This document shows positions 58,335 to 64,000 of a stretch of DNA of 64,000 bases, piece by piece (the stretch's first letter is position 1; each line of letters starts with the position of its first letter). Made by a program: the position numbers and the translations under genes. Where the stretch lies: NCBI GenBank assembly GCA_040756235.1, contig JBFLZG010000090.1:1-64000 (forward strand), read 5' to 3'. The DNA comes from a bacterium (GTDB lineage Bacteria > Desulfobacterota > DSWW01). The notes under the pieces were generated by a model. That model had not been told where the DNA came from, ran no database searches, and worked only from the letters and a program-made list of their open reading frames with translations.

Positions 58335-59711
58335 TCATCTGCCCGCCCCCTCACGGAGCGAGGCCAGCAGCCTGGTGAGCTCCCGGGCCGGCAGGTGTTC
58401 CAGATGAGCGACCGCGTCCACGATCGCGCGCCGCGCGGGGCCCGAGGCGTGCGGCTCGGCCAGGCGCTCGAACTTGGCGGCCACGGTTTCCCAGCGCATG
58501 GGGCGCGTGCGGAACCCCTCGTAATCCGACTTCTCGCTTTCGAGCTCGCGGCCGTCCCGGAGACGGACCTTGATGCGGCAGGGCATCTCCGCCGGAAAAC
58601 GTCTGCTCAGATCCGGGTCGTTGAGAATCCTGACCCTGCGGAGCAGGCTCTGGACGTCCTCGCCCCGGATACGATCGGCGCGGTACTGAGCCGGGGTCAC
58701 CTGGCGGTCCAGGATGGCTACAGCCACGATGTACGGCAGGCTGTGGTCCGCCTGCTCCTTGGATTCAACGAGCTTCTTGTCCCCTTCTTCGCCGCCGCCG
58801 ATGATGTGAAAAGCGACCCCGAAGATCGCGATCTCCACGGCCGCGATGTCCGCAGCCGTTGCGCCGGACCCCTCCAGGAGCTCGAGGACCCCCTCCACGG
58901 CCGATTGGGAATGGATCTCCGAGTTGTATTTCTTCACGATCGTGTCGGTCACTTTCTCCAGGTCCTCCTCGGACCAATCGATCGTGAAGGGGCCCGCGAT
59001 GCTGTCGATGAAGCCCTTGTTGCCCTCGAACACCTCGCGCGGGCCGGTGATGCCGCGGCTTGCCAGGAGGGTCCCGTAGGTGCAGGCGAACGCGGTGGCC
59101 GGGTAGGCCAGGCCCTTCCAGTGGGACAGGACGCCGGTGCGGGTCACGCGCAGCGCATTGAAGGCGGTCCCGCAGATGCCCAGGGCATCCGCAGTCTCCT
59201 CGACGCCGAGCCCGAGGGCCTTGGAAACCCCGGCGGCAACGGCGTACGAGCCCTGGGTCGTGTGGTCGAAACCCCTGGCCCTGACCGGGGCCTCCTCCGA
59301 CAGCCGGCACTGGACCTGGTAGGCCACGGCCAGAGACGCAAGAAGATCGCGGCCGCTTCGGCCCGCATACTCGGCGGCGGCCAGCACCGCCCCCAGATTG
59401 TCACTGGGGTGGCAGGTCTCGCTCGGTGCCAGGAAGCTGTCGTTGAAGTCGAGGTAACGCACCAGGGCGGAGTTGTAGAAGGCCGCCTGCTCGGGGCTGG
59501 TCCGGCCGCCGCCCACCAGGGTGCAAGGTCCGGAAGGGCAGAACTCCTCGATCTGAGCCCGGATCAGGCGGACCGGACCGGCTTCCAGCGCACCCAGCGC
59601 GCAGCCGAGCGCGTCCAGCACGCGGATCTTGAGCTGCGATCTGGCCCGTTCGGAAAGATCGTCATAAGACGCGCGGCGGACGAACCCCCCCAGCTGTTCC
59701 GCTTGGGTCAT
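58335..59711 (-). CDS. MmgE/PrpD family protein
   Basis: LDALGCALGA, RYLDFND, HPSDN, LSHWKG, ADHSLPY. Confidence 0.93.
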   Translation of the reverse strand: MTQAEQLGGFVRRASYDDLSERARSQLKIRVLDALGCALGALEAGPVRLIRAQIEEFCPSGPCTLVGGGRTSPEQAAFYNSALVRYLDFNDSFLAPSETCHPSDNLGAVLAAAEYAGRSGRDLLASLAVAYQVQCRLSEEAPVRARGFDHTTQGSYAVAAGVSKALGLGVEETADALGICGTAFNALRVTRTGVLSHWKGLAYPATAFACTYGTLLASRGITGPREVFEGNKGFIDSIAGPFTIDWSEEDLEKVTDTIVKKYNSEIHSQSAVEGVLELLEGSGATAADIAAVEIAIFGVAFHIIGGGEEGDKKLVESKEQADHSLPYIVAVAILDRQVTPAQYRADRIRGEDVQSLLRRVRILNDPDLSRRFPAEMPCRIKVRLRDGRELESEKSDYEGFRTRPMRWETVAAKFERLAEPHASGPARRAIVDAVAHLEHLPARELTRLLASLREGAGR

Positions 59712-59768
59712 GCGGTCTCCCTCCTGGTCTCTTTGATGCGGCTTGGCTCTTCGACGTGCCAGCGGAAA

Positions 59769-59868
59769 CAGTTGTCAGTTGTCAGTTTCCGGTTGTCGGC
59801 AAGAAGACGGTCGCAGGGGTGGCAGAGGGCACCGGCAGCCTGACAGCCGAAAACTGATAACTGGCAGC
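59769..59868. repeat. Inverted pair of heptamer tracts
   Basis: CAGTTGT CAGTTGT CAGTTTC CGGTTGT CGGC ... CCTGACA GCCGAAA ACTGATA ACTGGCA GC. Confidence 0.75.
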
Positions 59869-59906
59869 TTCTTGTGGGCTGGGACCTGGTGGTCCGACAA
59901 CTGAAG

Positions 59907-59940
59907 AGGGGTAGGGCAGGTTGAAACCTGCCCTACCCCT
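59907..59940. repeat. Perfect 16-bp GTAG-type palindrome just after the AKR stop (REP or terminator-like)
   Basis: AGGGGTAGGGCAGGTT-ga-AACCTGCCCTACCCCT. Confidence 0.75.
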
Positions 59941-59947
59941 TCTCTAT

Positions 59948-60934
59948 TCACAAATCCACCTTCTGCATGGCGTCGGGCGGATACCGCATGCCGGCAGCGG
60001 TGCCCGGAGGTGCCGTCTCTTCGATTCGGTGCAAGTCGTCCGGAGTCAGCTCCACTTCGAGGGCCTGAACGTTTTCTTCGAGGTACTGCCGGCGTCTGGT
60101 ACCGGGGATCGGGACGATGTCGCGGCCCTGGGCCAGGACCCAGGCGAGCGCAAGCTGAGCGGGCGTACAGCCCTTGTCCCCGGCCAGCTCCTCGATCCGC
60201 TCGACCAGGCCCAGGTTTTCTTCGAGGTTTTCCCCTTGAAATCTGGGCGCCTTGCGCCTCCAGTCGTCTTCCATGAGGTCCTCGGAGGAGCGGATCCTGC
60301 CGGTCAGGAAACCCCTGCCGAGCGGGCTGTAGGCCACGAAGCCGATCCCCAGCTCTCGGCACACCGGCAGAATCTCGTCTTGCGGGTCGCGGCTCCACAG
60401 GGAGTACTCCGTCTGGAGGGCCGCGATCGGATGCACCGCGCAGGCGCGCCTGAGCGTCCGGGGCGCCGCCTCGGACAAGCCCAGGTGGCGGACCTTCCCC
60501 TCGCGGACGAGGTCCGCCATGGCGCCCACGGTGTCCTCGATGGGCACCTTGGGATCGACCCGGTGCAGGTAATAGAGATCGATTGCGTCGACTCCGAGCC
60601 GCCTCAAGCTCGCCTCACACGCCGCCCGGGCATGCTCGGGCCTGCCGTCGAGCTCGAAGACCATGCCGCGCTTGCGCACGAAGCCGAATTTGGTGGCGAG
60701 CACGACCCGTTCCCGGTTCCCCCGAACGGCCCTTCCCACGAGCTCTTCGTTCTTTCCCAGGCCGTACATGTCTGCGGTATCCAGGAAATTCACGTCGAGA
60801 TCCAGAGCCCGGGCGATCGTTGTCACGGATTCATCTTCGCTCCCGGCGGGGCCATAGAATTCCGACATCCCCATGCACCCCAGGCCGATCGCGGAGACCT
60901 CCGGCCCATTGTTGCCAAGTTGTCGTTTTTCCAT
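59948..60934 (-). CDS. Aldo/keto reductase
   Basis: [47 protein letters not shown]. Confidence 0.95.
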   Translation of the reverse strand: MEKRQLGNNGPEVSAIGLGCMGMSEFYGPAGSEDESVTTIARALDLDVNFLDTADMYGLGKNEELVGRAVRGNRERVVLATKFGFVRKRGMVFELDGRPEHARAACEASLRRLGVDAIDLYYLHRVDPKVPIEDTVGAMADLVREGKVRHLGLSEAAPRTLRRACAVHPIAALQTEYSLWSRDPQDEILPVCRELGIGFVAYSPLGRGFLTGRIRSSEDLMEDDWRRKAPRFQGENLEENLGLVERIEELAGDKGCTPAQLALAWVLAQGRDIVPIPGTRRRQYLEENVQALEVELTPDDLHRIEETAPPGTAAGMRYPPDAMQKVDL

Positions 60935-61115
60935 GATGCAAACCTCCTGAGAGGTCAGATTCGGCGTGGCGGGATCTGGTCTCACCTTGCGGCTCTGCGC
61001 TCATCGGTCAGGTCGTTCGGGACGGAGAGGGGGCCGGGAGTCGCCGGCCGGCTGGCTGCAGTGCAGGGCGGCCTTTCCAGAATACGTCGCCGGAAATTGT
61101 GAATTCCCAACGATG

Positions 61116-61883
61116 CTAGCGGTCCGCCTTCTTGGCGCGGATCTCACGGAGCAGCTTTTCGGCCCAGGGTCGGTCGATCATGGACCAGGCCGCCTCGCAC
61201 CCCGACCGGTCATTCTCGAGCACTCTTCTCAGCTTCGCCTCGGCCTCGTCGTAGCGGCCGTGCTCTGCGTCGAGCTGAGCCATGTAGTGGTAGGCGACCA
61301 GATAGCCGGGGTCGGACCGGACGGCGCGCTCGTAGAGCCGCATCGCCTCCTCGTCGTCCCCCCCGAAAATCCTGGGCATCTTCGTCAAGTACTGGGCCTT
61401 GGCCACCAGACCGGGTGCATAGTCGGGATCGATCTGGAGCACCCTTTCGATCTCCTTGCGCAGCCGGCGAGCCTTGGTCACGGAGCTGAGCGCCCCCTGC
61501 TGTCTGACCATGGCGCCCAGGTTCGCCATGTAATAGAAATGGCCCTCCTTGCCCTCCGGATCGGCTTCGATCGCTTTCTTCCCGTACTCGACCCCCCTCT
61601 CCCAGAGCTCGATCTTCCGGTCTTCCTGGTCCTCTCCCAGGATGGTGCCGTAGATCTGGTACATCTCCGAGATCCTCCAGAGGATGCGGTAGTCGTCGGG
61701 ACGCGCCCGGTGCGCGTTCTCGTACAGCCGAATGGCCCGGTCCAGGCGATCCTGGCCCAGATGGTAGGTGCAGTAGAGCTCGTCCCCCTCCTGGAGGCAG
61801 CTCTCCACCTCGCCGGCGCCCGCGGCGTGAGCGAGTTGCAGGAGAACCAGCAGAGCGATCGCCGGCATTGCCGCGGCCTTCAT
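61116..61883 (-). CDS. Secreted tetratricopeptide repeat protein
   Basis: Signal peptide ending AGA; repeated helical TPR-like units (AIRLYENA, KAIEADP, LYERAVRSDP). Confidence 0.8.
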   Translation of the reverse strand: MKAAAMPAIALLVLLQLAHAAGAGEVESCLQEGDELYCTYHLGQDRLDRAIRLYENAHRARPDDYRILWRISEMYQIYGTILGEDQEDRKIELWERGVEYGKKAIEADPEGKEGHFYYMANLGAMVRQQGALSSVTKARRLRKEIERVLQIDPDYAPGLVAKAQYLTKMPRIFGGDDEEAMRLYERAVRSDPGYLVAYHYMAQLDAEHGRYDEAEAKLRRVLENDRSGCEAAWSMIDRPWAEKLLREIRAKKADR

Positions 61884-61908
61884 GTTCCCGTCCCCCTGAG
61901 GCGTCGCA

Positions 61909-61957
61909 AGGCGGTCGATAAACGGCCATCTGCGGGTGACGCATGCGTCGCCCCTAC
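61909..61957 (+). repeat. Left-end remnant of the 126-bp element fused to a GTAG-REP
   Basis: AGGCGGTCGATAAACGGCCATCTGCGG followed by GTGACGCATGCGTCGCCCCTAC. Confidence 0.7.
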
Positions 61958-61969
61958 GTAGAATATCCC

Positions 61970-62617
61970 TCACTCTTTCGACCTCGAGGCCGCGTAGACC
62001 ATGCGGTAGAGCTCGAGCGATTCCCGAGGCAGCTCGCAGGGCGTGCCGATGCTCCTGGCGAGAATGTAGATCTGGGCCGCCTGCTCGATCAACTCGGCAA
62101 CGTGTAAGGCCTCTGCCAGATCTCGGCCAACGGACAGGGCTCCATGGTTCGCAAGCAGAACGGCGGCACGGTCCGCCAGTCCCCTGATGACGTTCTCGGC
62201 CAGCTCGCGGGAGGCCGAAGGCGCATACTCGGCCACCTCGACCGGGCCGCCGACGTAGGGAACGAGCTCTTCCAGGACCGCAGGGATCGGCATCCTCAGG
62301 ATCGCCAGCGCGGTCGCGTGGCGCGAGTGGCTGTGGCATATGGCCCCTACGCCGGCCCTGGCCGCGTAGATCCTCCTGTGCACGATGGTCTCGGTGGAAG
62401 GAGGTCGGCCCCGGGTCAGCACCTTACCGGCCAGGTCCACGATCACCGTGTCCGCTGCCGTCATTTCGGAGTAGGCCAGGCTGCTGGGCGTGATGACAAA
62501 GACCTCCTGTCCCGGCACCCTCGCACTGACGTTGCCGGCCGTGCCGACGACGAGCCCGCAGGCGGCCATCCGCCTGGCCGCTTCCACGACCTGCTCCCGC
62601 AAGATGGCGTGTTCCAC
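61970..62617 (-). CDS. Class II aldolase/adducin family (L-fuculose-phosphate aldolase-like)
   Basis: GTAGNVSAR, ITPS, PSTE, HSHS, LANHG; GTG start after GGAGGAGG. Confidence 0.92.
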   Translation of the reverse strand: MEHAILREQVVEAARRMAACGLVVGTAGNVSARVPGQEVFVITPSSLAYSEMTAADTVIVDLAGKVLTRGRPPSTETIVHRRIYAARAGVGAICHSHSRHATALAILRMPIPAVLEELVPYVGGPVEVAEYAPSASRELAENVIRGLADRAAVLLANHGALSVGRDLAEALHVAELIEQAAQIYILARSIGTPCELPRESLELYRMVYAASRSKE

Positions 62618-62636
62618 GATGGATTCCTCCTCCCGA

Positions 62637-62662
62637 GAGGCTGTCGACAGACGCTCATCTGC
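62637..62662 (+). repeat. Degenerate left-end remnant of the 126-bp element
   Basis: GAGGCTGTCGACAGACGCTCATCTGC. Confidence 0.5.
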
Positions 62663-62705
62663 TACATGCATAGCATGATCGGAGGAGTCGAATCCAGGGA
62701 GGTTT

Positions 62706-62735
62706 TTGACATGCTGCGAGCGCCTCTCCTATATT
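62706..62735 (+). promoter_or_regulatory. Sigma70-type promoter of the carboxylesterase
   Basis: TTGACA, 18 nt, TATATT, about 37 nt before ATG 62772. Confidence 0.55.
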
Positions 62736-62771
62736 CTGCGATGTTCGACACCCTCTGAAGGAGCCGCCCCC

Positions 62772-64000
62772 ATGCACCCTTCCCGGATGCCCCTGTTTCG
62801 ACGCCAAACGCGGATGACGAAAGCTGCTGCTGCCGCCGTGCTCGTTCTGGTGCCGCTCGCGGCGGGTTGCGGCGACAGCGGCGAGAGCCAGCCTGCACCG
62901 TCCTCGTCCGTTTCCTCCTGGAACGGCGACCCGACGGTCCGGACCCTGTATGGTTCCGCCGGGGGGCTGCAGGACGCTGCGGAGACCTGGGTGTGGAGGG
63001 CGATCCCCTACGCCAGGCCGCCCGTGGGGCCGCTCCGCTGGAGGGCTCCTCTGGAGCCCGACTCCTGGCAGGGAGTCCGGGAGAGCACGAAATACTGCAG
63101 CCTCTGCACGCAGTACTTCCCGGTCGGAGACCTCGTTGTCGGGAGCGAAGACTGCCTTTACCTGAACGTCTGGAGGCCCCGCTCGGCGGAGAAGGGGTTG
63201 CCCGTGTACTTCTGGATCCACGGCGGCGGCAACACGATCGGCGGCGGGGCCATCGGAGAGGATTACTCCGGGGCGAACCTGGCGAGCCGTTCCAACCTGG
63301 TCGTGGTGACGGTCAATTACCGGCTCGGCCCCCTCGGCTGGCTCACCCACCCTGCTCTGAGGAGCGGAGTGCCGGGAAGCGAACAAGACGACTCCGGGAA
63401 TTACGGCACGCTCGACCTGATCCAGGCCCTCAAGTGGGTGCGGCGCAACATCGAAGCTTTCGGCGGGGACCCGGACCGGGTCCTGATCGCGGGAGAGTCT
63501 GCGGGCGGCGTGAACGTGCTGTCCCTGCTCATCTCGCCGCCCGCCCGGGGCCTTTTCCAACGGGCCATGGCGGAAAGCGGCGGGCCCCTGACGAGCAGCA
63601 TCGAACAGGGAGAGCAGGGGGCCGTGAGCCTCCTGCTCGAGCTTCTCGTGCAGGACGGTGCCGCTGCGGATCCCGACGAGGCTCAGGCTGTCCTCGACGG
63701 GATGAGCCACCAGGAAATCGCGGACTATCTCCGGTCCAAATCCGGTGAAGAGCTGCTGGCCGGCTTCGTGCCTTCTTTCGGCGGCATGATCGAGGTGCCG
63801 AACGTGTTCGAAGACGGCACGGTGATCCCGGCGGGCGCATACGCGGCCCTCGATTCCGGTGAATACCCGAACAAGGTGCCCATCATCCTGGGGAGCAACA
63901 AGGAAGAGCTCAAGCTCTTTCTCTTCCTGGATCCGGCCTTCGAGGGACGCGACGATCTCTATCAGGTCGTGACTGCCTATGGCAGCGACGAGTGGAAGGC
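62772..64000 (+). CDS. Type-B carboxylesterase, probable lipoprotein (runs off the right edge)
   Basis: Not in the ORF track; translated by hand: lipobox-like LAAGC, IPYARPPVGPLRW, SEDCLYLNVW, WIHGGG, NYRLG, GESAGG; AAGGAG RBS. Confidence 0.92.
   Translation, partial: MHPSRMPLFRRQTRMTKAAAAAVLVLVPLAAGCGDSGESQPAPSSSVSSWNGDPTVRTLYGSAGGLQDAAETWVWRAIPYARPPVGPLRWRAPLEPDSWQGVRESTKYCSLCTQYFPVGDLVVGSEDCLYLNVWRPRSAEKGLPVYFWIHGGGNTIGGGAIGEDYSGANLASRSNLVVVTVNYRLGPLGWLTHPALRSGVPGSEQDDSGNYGTLDLIQALKWVRRNIEAFGGDPDRVLIAGESAGGVNVLSLLISPPARGLFQRAMAESGGPLTSSIEQGEQGAVSLLLELLVQDGAAADPDEAQAVLDGMSHQEIADYLRSKSGEELLAGFVPSFGGMIEVPNVFEDGTVIPAGAYAALDSGEYPNKVPIILGSNKEELKLFLFLDPAFEGRDDLYQVVTAYGSDEWK

Overview
GC-rich bacterial window; gene content and repeat style suggest a Desulfobacterota/deltaproteobacterial genome (inference). 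It holds about 50 CDS, mostly catabolic or housekeeping. From left to right: a partial DUF1302-type outer-membrane protein; a lower-GC M24 peptidase/TetR/VOC islet; an LvaAB-like kinase cluster; EmrAB-type efflux plus lipase; a Tm-1-like/TIM-barrel (TBST)/DUF362/flavin oxidoreductase operon; two FadL-type channels coupled to an FGGY kinase and 2-hydroxyacid dehydrogenase; tkt-metK-transaldolase; an orphan multi-PAS kinase; a LarA-family racemase; two haloalkane-dehalogenase-like hydrolases; aceE-aceF-lpdA; a PrpD/ComA pair; an aldo/keto reductase; a class II aldolase; and a partial carboxylesterase. I saw no rRNA, tRNA, CRISPR array, transposase or integrase. The most distinctive signal is non-coding. 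At least six families of intergenic palindromic repeats are present, including a ~260-nt element (3 full and 2 partial copies) with nested stems. Its terminal-stem substitutions are G-U/G-T compatible on one consistent strand, so it is a candidate structured RNA or REPIN-like element. All protein calls are by motif recognition by eye; no database search was run.
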